The position numbers were made by a program, and so were the translations under genes. Below are positions 28,663 to 40,169 of a stretch of DNA of 64,000 bases, one piece after another. The stretch's first letter is position 1, and every line of letters begins with the position of its first letter. Source of the stretch: Spirochaetaceae bacterium (lineage in GTDB: Bacteria > Spirochaetota > Spirochaetia > DSM-2461); assembly GCA_051531975.1 (NCBI GenBank), contig JAOPTT010000002.1, positions 121,968 through 185,967 of the forward strand, in the 5' to 3' direction. Below the pieces are notes generated by a model that was not told the origin of the DNA, searched no databases, and saw only the letters and a program-made list of their open reading frames with translations.

Positions 28663-30342
28663 TTAATCTGATAGTGAGGTAAATATAAGAGTGCTTATAG
28701 CTCCACTATGGGCACTATTCGATAGTTCAATATGGGCACCATGGGCGGTTAATATTTGGTAACAGATAGATAAACCAAGCCCTGTTCCATTGTCTTTAGT
28801 AGTAAAATATGGGTCAAAGACCCTATCTATAGAATCTTTTGCAAAACCTGGACCTGTATCAGAAATTGTTAATATTAAGTTCTGGTATTCATCGTTTCTA
28901 ATAGAGATATTTATAGATCCACCTTTAAGTGTAACATCAACAGAGTTATTTATTATATTAGTTAAAACTTGTTCGATCTTTAATACATCAAAATAAAAGG
29001 AATTATACTGTGCATTATTATCAATTATTAAAGATATACCCCTGTCTTCACAAATAAGCATATATTTTTGATATACGTTTTCAATAAGTCTAGACATAGA
29101 GTAGTACTCTAAGCTAAGTTCATTTGGTTTTGCAATCTCTAAAACTTCTCGAATAAAAATTTCAGCTTTATTAATCTCTTGGAATATAATATTACTGTTT
29201 TTATCAAAGTTATTTTTTGTTATAGTCTGCATAGCAATTTGTATTATATGTAACGGATGCCTAATTTCATGGGCCATTCTTGAAGAGATTCGACCTAAGA
29301 AACTAAATCTATCATCTGTTCTAAGTTGAATATTTCTTCTGTTTAACAGATTAAAAGCATTAGCAAGTAGCTGTAGCTCATCCTTTGTTTTTACAGTTAT
29401 CTCATTTGTAAATTCACCTTGTAACATTCTATTAACCATCTCTGTTAATTCCAATATAGGGTTAGATATTAACTGAGATATTCCAATTGTAATTGCTGCA
29501 ATTACGATTATTAATAAAATAGTAATGATAATAAAAAATTTCATGGTCATGTTAAGTTGTAAATACAAAGTATCACTTTCGATTTTACCAACAAACTTCC
29601 AGTAATTAATAAGTGTAGTAACAAAATAACTATCATTTCCATTTTGAGTATTAAAAGAGTATACCTGATTATATACGTCCTCTTCCGGGGCTCCATTGTA
29701 AACAGGATTAGAATGGACTATAACTTTACCACCAATCCCCTCTTTTAATGGCTGGTCAACATCTATAATTCCAATTTCATCAAATAGACCATATGTATTT
29801 AATTTTAATAACCTCTCAAACTCAGACAGTGCTATAGATCCACCTAATACCCCAATTACTCCATTCTCATACTCTATAGGTACAGCAAATAAAATTATCT
29901 GCTTTGATGAATAACTTTTAAAATCATCTGGGACTAAATATAAAAACAATAGCTCCTTAGAAAAAAGGTTGGCAAACTCAGATTTATTAAAAATAAGCCC
30001 TCTATCATTAGCAGTATTCCAATATTCTCCATTCTCTTTTACAAACCAAAGATCCTCAAACTGTGAGGATTGATCATTAACCTTTCTAATTAAGTATTCT
30101 TGATAATTATCAGGGTCTGTTAAAAACTCAGATCTAGAGAAGATCAATAACTCTCTTATTTTATCTGAAACCCAATCACCTAGCACTCTAGATGTATTTA
30201 ACATTTCACTGTTTTTTTTATCGATCACTGATTCTTTATATGAGTTTCTATAAATAAAAAATGCATAAAAAGATATAAAAGAATATACAAGAAGTGTAGG
30301 AATTAATATTTGGAAAAAAACACGATTTCTTAAATGCTTCAT
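28663..30342 (-). CDS. Sensor histidine kinase (periplasmic Cache-like domain, HAMP, NtrB-like core)
   Basis: 'KDELQLLANAFN', H-box 'AHEIRHPL', 'DTGPG', 'FDPYFTTK..GTGLGL'. Confidence 0.9.
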   Translation of the reverse strand: MKHLRNRVFFQILIPTLLVYSFISFYAFFIYRNSYKESVIDKKNSEMLNTSRVLGDWVSDKIRELLIFSRSEFLTDPDNYQEYLIRKVNDQSSQFEDLWFVKENGEYWNTANDRGLIFNKSEFANLFSKELLFLYLVPDDFKSYSSKQIILFAVPIEYENGVIGVLGGSIALSEFERLLKLNTYGLFDEIGIIDVDQPLKEGIGGKVIVHSNPVYNGAPEEDVYNQVYSFNTQNGNDSYFVTTLINYWKFVGKIESDTLYLQLNMTMKFFIIITILLIIVIAAITIGISQLISNPILELTEMVNRMLQGEFTNEITVKTKDELQLLANAFNLLNRRNIQLRTDDRFSFLGRISSRMAHEIRHPLHIIQIAMQTITKNNFDKNSNIIFQEINKAEIFIREVLEIAKPNELSLEYYSMSRLIENVYQKYMLICEDRGISLIIDNNAQYNSFYFDVLKIEQVLTNIINNSVDVTLKGGSINISIRNDEYQNLILTISDTGPGFAKDSIDRVFDPYFTTKDNGTGLGLSICYQILTAHGAHIELSNSAHSGAISTLIFTSLSD

Positions 30343-31676
30343 TTGCCTAACTTATAATAAAGACCTCTAGGTGATATGCCTAAGGTTTCAGATGTTAATG
30401 TTTTATTACCATCTAATTTATCTAGTGCCCAATTTATATATGAATCTTCTAACTGTTTAAGAGGAATAAGACCAATATCATCAAATTTCATAGGTAGTGT
30501 TTTAAGTGGTCTAAGAAATAGAGAATCATTTTCAAGCTGATTACCAGATTCAACAATAACTCCTCTTTCGAGGCAGTTTTTAAGCTCCCGGATGTTTCCA
30601 GGCCAATTATAGGTGACAAGAGACTCTTTTGCTTCATTGGAGAAACCTTTAATATTTCTAGAAAGTTTTGTACATAATTTAGATAGAATCCATTCTGCTA
30701 ACATAACAATGTCCTCTTTCCTCTCCCTTAATGGTGGAATATCTAGAGGAAAAACACTAATTCTATAATATAAATCTTCCCTAAATAAGTTCTCTCTACA
30801 CATTAACATTAGATCTTTATTGGTAGCCGCAATAACCCTTACATTTAGTTTTATTTTTTTATTCGAACCAAGCCTTGTAATTTCACCTTCTTGTAAGAAC
30901 CTTAATAACGAAACCTGAGCTTTAGGAGACATAGCCTCTACTTCATCTAAAAATAGTGTTCCACCATCTGCATACTCAAGTTTTCCCATCTGTTCTTTAG
31001 TAGCACCAGTAAATGCACCTTTATCAAAACCAAAAAGTTCACTCTCTAAGAGACTCTCAGGTAAAGCTCCACAATTTATTGGGACAAAGTTCTCTTTGCT
31101 TCGAACACTTGTATTATGAATTAACCGAGCCATAACCTCTTTACCTGTACCGGTTTCACCATGAAGTAAAACAGTTGAATCAACTGGCTTTAGTTTTTCC
31201 ACATTTTTTAATAAACTAATATATTGACTAGAATGACTTTCAAATAAAAATTCCTCATTCTTTTGTAGTTCAGCAGATAAAAACTGATTTTGTGTTGTTA
31301 ACTTTCCATGTTTAATTGCCTTTTCAATTACAATTAATAACTCTTCTATCTGTATAGGTTTTGTTAAATAGTGAAAAGCTCCTAATTTCAGAGCTTCAAC
31401 AGCATTTTGTATACTACCAAATGCTGTAACCATAATAAATTGGATATCATGATTAGATTTATTACAAATTTTAAGCAGTTCTAATCCATTTTTATTAGGC
31501 ATAATAAAATCAGACACAACTACATGATATCTAAAAAAATTAAGTTTTTCCTCTGCTTCTTCGCAGGAATTAGCAATATGAATAGAGTATCCCTTTGTTT
31601 CTAGCAAATCTTTTAATAGGGATACTAGAGTTATATCGTCATCTACAATTAAAATTCGAATGGAGGTTTTATTCAT
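30339..31676 (-). CDS. Sigma-54-dependent response regulator (NtrC/AtoC family)
   Basis: Receiver domain; GETGTGKE, ESELFG, GAFTGA, LFLDEV, FREDLYYR, WPGNIREL; Fis-type HTH. Confidence 0.95.
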   Translation of the reverse strand: MNKTSIRILIVDDDITLVSLLKDLLETKGYSIHIANSCEEAEEKLNFFRYHVVVSDFIMPNKNGLELLKICNKSNHDIQFIMVTAFGSIQNAVEALKLGAFHYLTKPIQIEELLIVIEKAIKHGKLTTQNQFLSAELQKNEEFLFESHSSQYISLLKNVEKLKPVDSTVLLHGETGTGKEVMARLIHNTSVRSKENFVPINCGALPESLLESELFGFDKGAFTGATKEQMGKLEYADGGTLFLDEVEAMSPKAQVSLLRFLQEGEITRLGSNKKIKLNVRVIAATNKDLMLMCRENLFREDLYYRISVFPLDIPPLRERKEDIVMLAEWILSKLCTKLSRNIKGFSNEAKESLVTYNWPGNIRELKNCLERGVIVESGNQLENDSLFLRPLKTLPMKFDDIGLIPLKQLEDSYINWALDKLDGNKTLTSETLGISPRGLYYKLGK

Positions 31677-31977
31677 ACTTAGTTTTAGCTTAGTAAGTAT
31701 CTGTTGTCAAGAAAATTACAACTTCTCCTAAACAATACAGAATTGAAAACTCGTTATTGATTGATTAATTAATCGATGAGTAAAAAGTTATATTCTCCAG
31801 ATATAGATATTCCTTTCTAAATAGTGTATTTTTTTTGTAATAAACGTAGAAATTACCACTATATATTCGTCAAAATGAATATATGCTCGTTAATATTACT
31901 AAATATAGTTTTTTACCCTAGTCTTATTACAAAAGTAACTATATAATTCCGTAATTTATAAATATATTGAGGTTTTA

Positions 31978-34098
31978 ATGAGAATAAGAAATAAGCTAAT
32001 AATAACTTTTACACTTGTAAATATTTTTGTATTTACAATGGTTATAACATTAAATATTTATACATCTGGTAAAAAGATGCGACAAAATTTAGATAATCAA
32101 CTGCAAGGAACAACAAACCTAGTATGTACTTTAATTGAGAGTACAGTTGATAATTTAGCTTACAGTTATTTGGCAGGATCAGGTAAAGCCACATTAAATA
32201 CTTTAAGATCAGTTTATAATGACTTATCAAAAAAACAGAATCAAGAAACAGATATTAAAAAATCTTTACTCAATGTTATTAAAAAGATAGAAGTTGGCGA
32301 AAATGGAATTGCATATATAACAGATCTCCATGGAAATATTATTTACCACCCGAAACAGGATAAAATTGGAACAAAAACAGCACAGAGTCAATGGATTATA
32401 AATAATAGAGGTGAACAATTAGCCCTAACAAAATATGACAATAACGGTATAGATAGTATAATGATTAAGGTATTCTTTAATGATTATAACTGGCAAGTTT
32501 TAATAACTGCTCCAATGGCAGATTTTACTGGACTTGTTAATATGAAGTTATTAAAAAAGGATATATTAAGTATTAAAATTGGAGAGTCAGGCTACCCTAT
32601 AATATTAGATACAAATGGAAAAATAATGATTCATCCAACTGCTATAGGTGTAAACATAGACTCTTTAAAAGATGCTGATGGAAATCTTTTTTTAGAAGGT
32701 GTTTATAAAAAACAAGAACCGGGATCTGTTAACTATAATTGGGAAGAAAAAAGTGGTGAAATTAGACAAAAATTCGCATACTACTCTAAAATACCACTAA
32801 CCGGTTGGACCCTATTAACAACAGGTTATTGGGAAGATTTTACTAAAGATACAAAAGCTATACAGTTTAATCTAATTATCTCAGCAATAATTGCCATGAT
32901 AATAAATACTATTGCAGTTTTAATAATTAGTGGAATTATTACAGGTTCTCTTAATAAATTATCAATAAGTCTAAAAGAGATTTCAGAGGGAGATGGAGAC
33001 TTAACCCGCCAGGTTAATGTTAATTCCAAAGATGAACTTGGTGCAATAGCCCAGGATTTTAATATATTTATTAAAAAACTTAGAGATATGATGATAAAAA
33101 TTAAAGCTTCAACTAACGACACCCTTGTTGTAAAAGACGAACTTACAACTGGAACAGCCGAAACTACTGCAGCTTTAACACAAATATCCCAGAACATGAC
33201 ACATATAGATCAAAAGATTTTAGAGTTAAATAACAATATGAACGTTTCTCATCATGAAATTGTTGAAATAACAACAAACATTAACGATTTAGATGGTTAT
33301 ATAGATTCACAAACCGCAATGATTGAGGAATCAACTGCAGCAATTACCCAGATGATCACCTCTATAGATAGTGTATCTCAGATAACTCAAAAAAAGAAAA
33401 AATCAGCAGAGAACCTTGTAAAAACAGCAAAAGAAGGTGGTGATATTGTTGATACTACCCATGAATCAGTATTATTAGTAAGCCAAGAACTTGAGAGTAT
33501 TAACGAAATGGCTACAGTTATATCCGATATAGCATCTAGTACTAATCTATTGGCGATGAATGCTGCAATTGAGGCTGCCCATGCAGGGGATGCAGGAAAA
33601 GGATTTGCAGTTGTTGCAGACGAGATTAGAAAATTAGCAGAGTCATCAAGCGAAAGTTCTAATAGGATTCAGGATATCCTTAAAAAGGTAACTATACATA
33701 TTAACGATTCTGCAGAAAAAAGTAAAAAAGCCAGTACAAGTTTTATGGTTATTGATAATGAAATAAACGGTTTAGTTGAAGCTTTTGACGAAGTTTTTAC
33801 TAGTACAGACGAGCTTCAGTTAGGTGGATCTGAGATTCTTGCAGCAGTAACCTCTTTACAGGAGTTATCAGGGACAGTACAACATAACTCAATTACTATT
33901 ACCCAAGCTGTAGAAAAGGTAAGTGTGGTAATGAATACTACAAGAAGTATTACAGAAGAAGTTGTAACAGATATTGGCGAGATAAACAGAGGAACTAAAG
34001 ATATCTCAAGCTCTATGAACAGTGTTTCCCAAAGTACACAGTTAATTTCAAAAGCTGGTGAATCATTAAATACTAATGTAAATAAGTTTAAAACTTAA
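31978..34098 (+). CDS. Methyl-accepting chemotaxis protein (Cache domains)
   Basis: Two TMs, HAMP 'GDGDLT...KDELG', hairpin '[34 protein letters not shown]'. Confidence 0.95.
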   Translation: MRIRNKLIITFTLVNIFVFTMVITLNIYTSGKKMRQNLDNQLQGTTNLVCTLIESTVDNLAYSYLAGSGKATLNTLRSVYNDLSKKQNQETDIKKSLLNVIKKIEVGENGIAYITDLHGNIIYHPKQDKIGTKTAQSQWIINNRGEQLALTKYDNNGIDSIMIKVFFNDYNWQVLITAPMADFTGLVNMKLLKKDILSIKIGESGYPIILDTNGKIMIHPTAIGVNIDSLKDADGNLFLEGVYKKQEPGSVNYNWEEKSGEIRQKFAYYSKIPLTGWTLLTTGYWEDFTKDTKAIQFNLIISAIIAMIINTIAVLIISGIITGSLNKLSISLKEISEGDGDLTRQVNVNSKDELGAIAQDFNIFIKKLRDMMIKIKASTNDTLVVKDELTTGTAETTAALTQISQNMTHIDQKILELNNNMNVSHHEIVEITTNINDLDGYIDSQTAMIEESTAAITQMITSIDSVSQITQKKKKSAENLVKTAKEGGDIVDTTHESVLLVSQELESINEMATVISDIASSTNLLAMNAAIEAAHAGDAGKGFAVVADEIRKLAESSSESSNRIQDILKKVTIHINDSAEKSKKASTSFMVIDNEINGLVEAFDEVFTSTDELQLGGSEILAAVTSLQELSGTVQHNSITITQAVEKVSVVMNTTRSITEEVVTDIGEINRGTKDISSSMNSVSQSTQLISKAGESLNTNVNKFKT

Positions 34099-36337
34099 AA
34101 GCTTCAACCTCTTTACTTAACTGGTTCATGTTATTTAGATTCTCACTGTTTATCTCTTCGATGGTAAACTGGGAATCTTTTATTATTCCTGCCTCTTTAT
34201 CAAGTGTATTAAACTCTAGGATATTCTTCTCTGCTACACTCTTCATAGGAGCCATCTGATTGTTTATATTTGAAATATGATCTACTACATCATGGGCACT
34301 TTCAGACAGGTTAATTGATATATCTCTAAGCCTTGTCATGGAATCTACAATTTCATTTGCCCCAACTTTTAACTCGTCTGAACTATTTACAATCTCATTA
34401 AAAGCCTGGATAAAATTATTAACTTCACCTGATATAGTATCGAATCTTTTAGTCATTGTTTTGCTTGATTCCTGAAGTCTGTTTATCTGATCAGATATTG
34501 ATTCTATTGATGAAGTTATACTATTAGAGTTAGCAGAAGTATTTTCTGCTAGTTTTCGGATCTCATCTGCAACAACAGAGAACCCTTTTCCAGCATCTCC
34601 AGCATGGGCAGCCTCAATAGCAGCATTCATTGCTAATAAGTTTGTATTAGATGCAATTTCGTTAATAATTACAGTTAATTCCGAAATACTATCAATACTT
34701 CCAGTAATTCCATTTATCTGCTCTGTCATATTTTCCATTTCGGAAATACCTTCATTAGTACTACTTGATAATGTTGCAGAAGCTGCTTTTTTATCATTGG
34801 CTATTCTAGCTACATTATCTATAGATGCTGACATCTGCTCTGTGGCTGCCGAAACCTCTGTAACTGAAGATGACTGTTCCACAATTACTTCTTGCTGAGT
34901 CTCTATTAACCCATTTATGCTTTCTATAGAAACTGATGTCTCTGTTACTTGGCTTATTAGGTGTTCCATATCATCTTTTATTTCTGCAAGAGAATTAGTC
35001 ATCTGACCAACATTATGCACAGATTCATCTACACCTTTTTTAGAACTAACAGCTAGGTCGTTACCTTTTAATACAAGACTATTAATTGAATTAAATATAT
35101 TTTTTATATTAACAACTAACTTATCATTTATCTCTTTTGTTAATAAAGAGACTTCACTTAATATAGAGTCATTTGTTGAGTTAATAGTAAAATCTCCAGT
35201 GGCTAGTTGCTCTACATCTTTAACTAATTTATGTATTGGTTTTGATACTATTCTTGATATAAAAAATGATAAAAACAGACCTATAATGGATATAACTAAC
35301 ATGTTTATATAGAAGTTTCTATTAAGTTTAATAAGGGGTTGTAATATTTCATCTTCACTTACAGATACACCAACAACCCATTTTCTACTTTCTAAATAGT
35401 TTGATACCGATACATATTTTTCAGATTCACCATCTTCATCTTTAATATAGGAGTGGTGAATTATATCCCAATCTGAATTATCAATTGACATCAATACCAT
35501 GTTTTTATATATAAATTCATCTTGGCTATTTTTTATATCAAATAACTTATCTCCACCTTCATTACCATCGGAATAGATAATGTCTCCAGTTGTGGAATAG
35601 ATAAATACATGTCCAGTTTTTCCAATTTTATATTCACCCATTTTTGCATTAATTCCAACAATAAAGTCGATCTCTTTTATACCAACAAAAAATACTCCAA
35701 TTATGTTTCCATCACTATCTTTAAAGGGTTTATATGCTGTTAAATACCAACCGTTAACAACATAAGCTCTACCAAAAAATGTTTCCCCACTCATTACAGT
35801 TTTATATACCGGGGAACTAGTAGGAATATAGGTATCAACAGCTCTGTTACCATCTAGTTTTTGAACATTTGTAGAAATACGTAATAAACCGTCGGGAATG
35901 ACTTGGAAAAGAGTAGTTGATAAGTTAAAAAGATCTAATATTCCATCGACATCAGGGTAGTAGTGATACTGATTTACTCCATTTAATTCCATAGTAGGAA
36001 GCAGTATATTTTTCTTTTTTTTATCAACCTGATTTATTATATCAACATTTAATAGTTGTTCTGAGTTTATATTAATAATTTTATCAGAAAAAAAGATATC
36101 AGAAGCAACCTTTACATCTGATGTAACTTTTTTCTGAGCAATATTAAAGGTATTACCAATTAACGATGTTACGAGGTTTAGACTATTTTCTAAGTCCTGA
36201 TCAACTTTATCAACAAATATTTCCTGCATTGGTCTTAATATAAATGTTGTTACACTTATTATAGGTAAAGCTATTAGAATTATTGAAAAAATGATTATAA
36301 TTGGACCTATCCCTATTTTTTTGTTTCTCATGATCAA
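34088..36337 (-). CDS. Methyl-accepting chemotaxis protein (Cache_3/Cache_2-like periplasmic domain)
   Basis: '[22 protein letters not shown]', '[16 protein letters not shown]'; MCP hairpin '[16 protein letters not shown]'. Confidence 0.93.
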   Translation of the reverse strand: MIMRNKKIGIGPIIIIFSIILIALPIISVTTFILRPMQEIFVDKVDQDLENSLNLVTSLIGNTFNIAQKKVTSDVKVASDIFFSDKIININSEQLLNVDIINQVDKKKKNILLPTMELNGVNQYHYYPDVDGILDLFNLSTTLFQVIPDGLLRISTNVQKLDGNRAVDTYIPTSSPVYKTVMSGETFFGRAYVVNGWYLTAYKPFKDSDGNIIGVFFVGIKEIDFIVGINAKMGEYKIGKTGHVFIYSTTGDIIYSDGNEGGDKLFDIKNSQDEFIYKNMVLMSIDNSDWDIIHHSYIKDEDGESEKYVSVSNYLESRKWVVGVSVSEDEILQPLIKLNRNFYINMLVISIIGLFLSFFISRIVSKPIHKLVKDVEQLATGDFTINSTNDSILSEVSLLTKEINDKLVVNIKNIFNSINSLVLKGNDLAVSSKKGVDESVHNVGQMTNSLAEIKDDMEHLISQVTETSVSIESINGLIETQQEVIVEQSSSVTEVSAATEQMSASIDNVARIANDKKAASATLSSSTNEGISEMENMTEQINGITGSIDSISELTVIINEIASNTNLLAMNAAIEAAHAGDAGKGFSVVADEIRKLAENTSANSNSITSSIESISDQINRLQESSKTMTKRFDTISGEVNNFIQAFNEIVNSSDELKVGANEIVDSMTRLRDISINLSESAHDVVDHISNINNQMAPMKSVAEKNILEFNTLDKEAGIIKDSQFTIEEINSENLNNMNQLSKEVEAFKF

Positions 36338-36378
36338 TACCTCATTGTCGTAAAATCAATGATAGCATAAAAAAATCG

Positions 36379-37020
36379 TTACTTCCAACTTCTTTTTATT
36401 ATAACTTCTGGTAAATTTTCAACATCATCTTCATGTATGCTCAACCTGATACAATCATGATCAAAAGAAGATATATGTATATTAGGAACAGAAACCTCTT
36501 TTTTATCAAATAGATGCCCTGTTCTCATAACTATATGAGAAATAAATTCACCATCAGCATCAACTATTAATTCATCAATATGTCCTAACTTCTTACCATT
36601 ATTATCTTTAACACACATACCCTTTTTAAGTTTAATCTCCCCAATAGGCATATCTTCCTTTCTCATCTCAATAACAGGTTTGCCATCGTGGATAACATAG
36701 GGAAACATAGTATAAGAGTGGCTCATAGCTGGATCTACTCCCCAATAAATAAATTCTGAATCGCTACTTGGTACACTAATGAATTCTTGAATAATAAATG
36801 GAGGAAATTTATTCAACTGATCTGCTGTTTTTTCAATTGTAATTACATCGTCAGATGTGTAATCAATAATATCTAATGGTATAATAACCTGCAGATTATT
36901 GTGTTTATTGTCAATTACAACATGGGTAACACTCTCTTTAATTGGATCAATAAGTAGTTCCTTGATGCTTCCAAACTCTCCATCTTTACAGATAACTTTC
37001 GCTTTTAATGGAATCTTCAT
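36379..37020 (-). CDS. PRC-barrel domain protein (two repeats)
   Basis: 'VICKDGEFGSIKELLIDP...VTHVV' and 'VKDNNGKKLGHIDELIVD...ISHIV'. Confidence 0.8.
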   Translation of the reverse strand: MKIPLKAKVICKDGEFGSIKELLIDPIKESVTHVVIDNKHNNLQVIIPLDIIDYTSDDVITIEKTADQLNKFPPFIIQEFISVPSSDSEFIYWGVDPAMSHSYTMFPYVIHDGKPVIEMRKEDMPIGEIKLKKGMCVKDNNGKKLGHIDELIVDADGEFISHIVMRTGHLFDKKEVSVPNIHISSFDHDCIRLSIHEDDVENLPEVIIKRSWK

Positions 37021-37060
37021 AACAATCTCCTTAATTATGATCTCATTATAATTATAATAC

Positions 37061-38242
37061 TTATTTAAAGAAAATATCCATTATAAAATGAAAAAAGTCA
37101 TTCTTAACAAAAGAAGATAAAAATTGACTACTCTGTACAATTCTAGGAAGGGTCCTATAACGATGATAAGTACTATGTTCTTTAAAAAAAAGATCTCTAA
37201 CAGCATCAATAAATTCGTCGGCTCTATATATTTTGTTTTTATCCATATCTAGGGTTCTAGCTATCTCTTCAAAAAAAGTTATGATAACAACTTCGTAGGA
37301 TGTATCTAAGCCCAGTTCTAAATATTCGGCTATTTGAGGTAATAGTCTCTCAAACATAAACCTTTTAGGGTTAACTTTTTTATATCCCATAACATGAGCT
37401 GCTCGAATTATCTTATCATCAGCCATGTGTAACATTTTTGATATATAAGAGAGATCTTCCGTTAAAGGTTTTATACAAAACTCTTTTCCTATATAACCTC
37501 TTAATGTTTTATAAGTATCAAAGTATCCTAAAATTAAGTTTTTTCTAGATCTATCTCTTTTAAAGTCAAGTGTTGATCCTAAATGTTTTGAAGGTTCAAT
37601 GTATGTAATATTAACATTAGGGTTATTATAAGACCTTGTTATGCCTACACCAAAGGTTCTAATTACAATTAAATTATTAATACCCCTTTCTGGTAACATG
37701 TTGAGAGGTAAATTATTTTTAAGCCCGCCATCAATAAATATTCCATCACTATTTTCCTCTCTTTGGAAAAGTGGGAAATTAGCACTAGCCATTAAATATG
37801 ACAACATTTCACCAACTTGAATCTGATCTTTAAATAGCTCTATAGTTTTAAAAGCTGGAAGTTTAACTGTAACGATTCCCAATTCAACCTTAGATTTCCG
37901 AAGTTTTTTTTCATCTAAAATAGTATAAAAAAGTTCTCGCATATTGTTTGTTCCAATACCACGTCCTTTTATAACATCCATAGCAGCAATAGCTGTGGCT
38001 TCAATATCATTTAATATACTTTCGTCGATACCATAAACTAGATGATTTGTCGCCTCATACCACATATCGTATGTTTTTTTCCAATCACCCTGGGCTATCA
38101 ATGCACCATTTACAGCTCCAATAGAGGTACCAGCAATACCATCAAATTTATATCCTAATTCATCTAATGCCTTATACGCACCCAAATGATAGGCTCCCTT
38201 AGCACCACCACCTTCTAAAACGAGACCTAACTTATTTTTCAT
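37061..38242 (-). CDS. Patatin-like phospholipase
   Basis: 'LVLEGGGAKGAY', 'GTSIG', 'DGG'. Confidence 0.92.
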   Translation of the reverse strand: MKNKLGLVLEGGGAKGAYHLGAYKALDELGYKFDGIAGTSIGAVNGALIAQGDWKKTYDMWYEATNHLVYGIDESILNDIEATAIAAMDVIKGRGIGTNNMRELFYTILDEKKLRKSKVELGIVTVKLPAFKTIELFKDQIQVGEMLSYLMASANFPLFQREENSDGIFIDGGLKNNLPLNMLPERGINNLIVIRTFGVGITRSYNNPNVNITYIEPSKHLGSTLDFKRDRSRKNLILGYFDTYKTLRGYIGKEFCIKPLTEDLSYISKMLHMADDKIIRAAHVMGYKKVNPKRFMFERLLPQIAEYLELGLDTSYEVVIITFFEEIARTLDMDKNKIYRADEFIDAVRDLFFKEHSTYHRYRTLPRIVQSSQFLSSFVKNDFFHFIMDIFFK

Positions 38243-38993
38243 TTAAGACCCTACGACCTCCAGCTATTTTATAATATAGTTTTTTTGGCATAAACCTTAT
38301 AATATTATAAACTACTCTATTAAAAAATCCAGGAATAATTACAACCCTTCCAAACCCAATGCTTTTATAAGAATATCGAACAACATCTAAAGCAGACATC
38401 CACTTCTCTCTTTTTTTTATGCTACGCCCACGATGAAAATCAGTTTTAGTAAAACCTGGGCATAGAGATTGAACAATTATTCCATTTGGTTTTAATATCA
38501 TAGAGATGGATTCAGAATATGTGGATAAAAAAGATTTAGATGCTGCATAAAAAGGATCTGATAAAGATGGTAAAAATCCAGCTAAAGATGAAACATTGAT
38601 AATAGTACCTCTACCCTCTTTTTTCATACCAGGAACTATCTGATGAATTAGTCTTGTAGTTCTTTCAACATGAACATCAATCATTTTATAATTGCCTGAA
38701 TGTGGAGTATCAAAAAAATTAGTATGGTTCGAAAAGCCAACATTATTAACTAGAAAAAGAATTTTATTATTACAAACATTATGAAAAAATGAATCAAAAC
38801 TAGTAGCATCAGAGAAATCAACAATTATTGCTGTTACTTTTACATTAAACTCTTTTTGTATCTGTTTTGCGTTTTCATTTAATAGCTCACTTCGTCTACC
38901 TGTAATAATAAGATCCCAACCATATCCTGCTAAAAGCCTACTATATTCAGCTCCAATTCCACTTGTAGCCCCGGTTATTAATGCTAACCCCAT
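38232..38993 (-). CDS. Short-chain dehydrogenase/reductase
   Basis: 'ITGATSGIG', 'NNVG', 'NVSS', 'YAASK', 'CPGFTKT'. Confidence 0.92.
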   Translation of the reverse strand: MGLALITGATSGIGAEYSRLLAGYGWDLIITGRRSELLNENAKQIQKEFNVKVTAIIVDFSDATSFDSFFHNVCNNKILFLVNNVGFSNHTNFFDTPHSGNYKMIDVHVERTTRLIHQIVPGMKKEGRGTIINVSSLAGFLPSLSDPFYAASKSFLSTYSESISMILKPNGIIVQSLCPGFTKTDFHRGRSIKKREKWMSALDVVRYSYKSIGFGRVVIIPGFFNRVVYNIIRFMPKKLYYKIAGGRRVLNEK

Positions 38994-39631
38994 TGTATAC
39001 TCCCTCTTTTAACTTCTTCTAAAAAACTATTACATTTTGAAAAATGTGCACATCCAAAAAATCCCCGATATGAGGATAAAGGACTTGGGTGTGGTGCTTC
39101 TAAAACAAGATGTCTTTTATCTATAACAGATTTCAACTTTCTTGCCCCAGCTCCCCATAACATAAAAACTATGGGATTTGGACTTTCAGAAACCTTTTTT
39201 ATTGTATTTAAAGTAAACTGCATCCAACCGATATTTTTATGTGAATTAGGTTCACCCTTTCTAACAGTTAATACTCTATTTATTAAAAAAACACCCTGCT
39301 CTGCCCAATCTGTTAAATCTCCATGAACTCTATTTATATTAATATCAGTTGCGAGTTCTTTATATATATTCCTCAATGATGGAGGGATTTTATTATCTTT
39401 TTTTACAGAAAATGCCAACCCATGAGCTTCTTCTGGGTTGAAATATGGATCTTGTCCAACAATTACGCACTTTATATTATTAAAGGATGTTAGTTCAAAT
39501 GCCCTAAAGACATCTTCTTTTTTAGGGTATATTGTAAATTCTGACAATTCTTTTTCTAATTTCCTTAATAAAACCCTATAATATCCGGTATTTTTTTCAG
39601 TTTCTAAAAACTGTTTCCATTCAATATCCAT
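38984..39631 (-). CDS. ung: Uracil-DNA glycosylase (family 1)
   Basis: 'GQDPY', 'AHGLAFS', 'PPSLRNI', 'WAEQGV', 'HPSPLS'. Confidence 0.96.
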   Translation of the reverse strand: MDIEWKQFLETEKNTGYYRVLLRKLEKELSEFTIYPKKEDVFRAFELTSFNNIKCVIVGQDPYFNPEEAHGLAFSVKKDNKIPPSLRNIYKELATDININRVHGDLTDWAEQGVFLINRVLTVRKGEPNSHKNIGWMQFTLNTIKKVSESPNPIVFMLWGAGARKLKSVIDKRHLVLEAPHPSPLSSYRGFFGCAHFSKCNSFLEEVKRGSIQWG

Positions 39632-39648
39632 TTAACCCCTTCTGTTTC

Positions 39649-39677
39649 TTGACAAGAAGCAACAAGAAAAGTATATT
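39649..39677 (+). promoter_or_regulatory. Near-consensus sigma70 promoter of the 64-aa zinc-finger gene
   Basis: TTGACA (39649-54), 17 bp, TATATT (39672-77). Confidence 0.75.
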
Positions 39678-39737
39678 ACATAACTGATTATTCATAAATA
39701 ACTAATAGCTGATATAAATATCAGTAGGGGTGTATAA

Positions 39738-39932
39738 ATGTCAAAAGCTCATAGAGGCGCGGGAATCCGAGATCAAGTAAGAAGTGGTAGATCAAACTGT
39801 CCACTTTGTAAAAGAACAGCAATTAAAGCTGTTTATGAAAACGAACTTAACGAGAAAAAAGTTAGTATCTGTAAACAGTGTAACAAAGCTGTTAAGAACG
39901 GAAAAATGAAAGAAGCTATTGCAGCTCTTTAA
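39738..39932 (+). CDS. Small basic zinc-finger protein (CxxC...CxxC), function unknown
   Basis: AGGGG RBS, strong promoter, own terminator; CPLC and CKQC motifs; Lys/Arg-rich. Confidence 0.8.
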   Translation: MSKAHRGAGIRDQVRSGRSNCPLCKRTAIKAVYENELNEKKVSICKQCNKAVKNGKMKEAIAAL

Positions 39933-39939
39933 TTAAACC

Positions 39940-39968
39940 AAAAACCCTGTATTTTGCAGGGTTTTTTT
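39940..39968 (+). terminator. Intrinsic terminator
   Basis: AAAAACCCTGT-atttt-GCAGGGTTTTT plus T run. Confidence 0.85.
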
Positions 39969-39982
39969 GTTTATAACAAACA

Positions 39983-40142
39983 TTTCGGCGAGAAATTGTT
40001 TGTCCCACTTTTCGGCGAGAAATTGTTTGTCCCACTTTTCGGCGAGAAATTGTTTGTCCCACTTTTCGGCGAGAAATTGTTTGTCCCACTTTTCCGAAGA
40101 AAATGTTTGTCCCACTTTTCGAAAAGAAAATGTTTGTCCCTT
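39983..40142. repeat. Tandem array of a 27-bp unit (TTTCGGCGAGAAATTGTTTGTCCCACT): 4 perfect and 2 degenerate 26-bp copies
   Basis: Perfect copies start at 39983, 40010, 40037, 40064; degenerate copies at 40091 and 40117; no spacers. Confidence 0.95.
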
Positions 40143-40169
40143 TATAAAAAATAGACCATAGGAAAAAAT

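Noticed and set aside
39983..40142. CRISPR array
   Set aside because: Units are head-to-tail with no unique spacers, and there are no cas genes in the window
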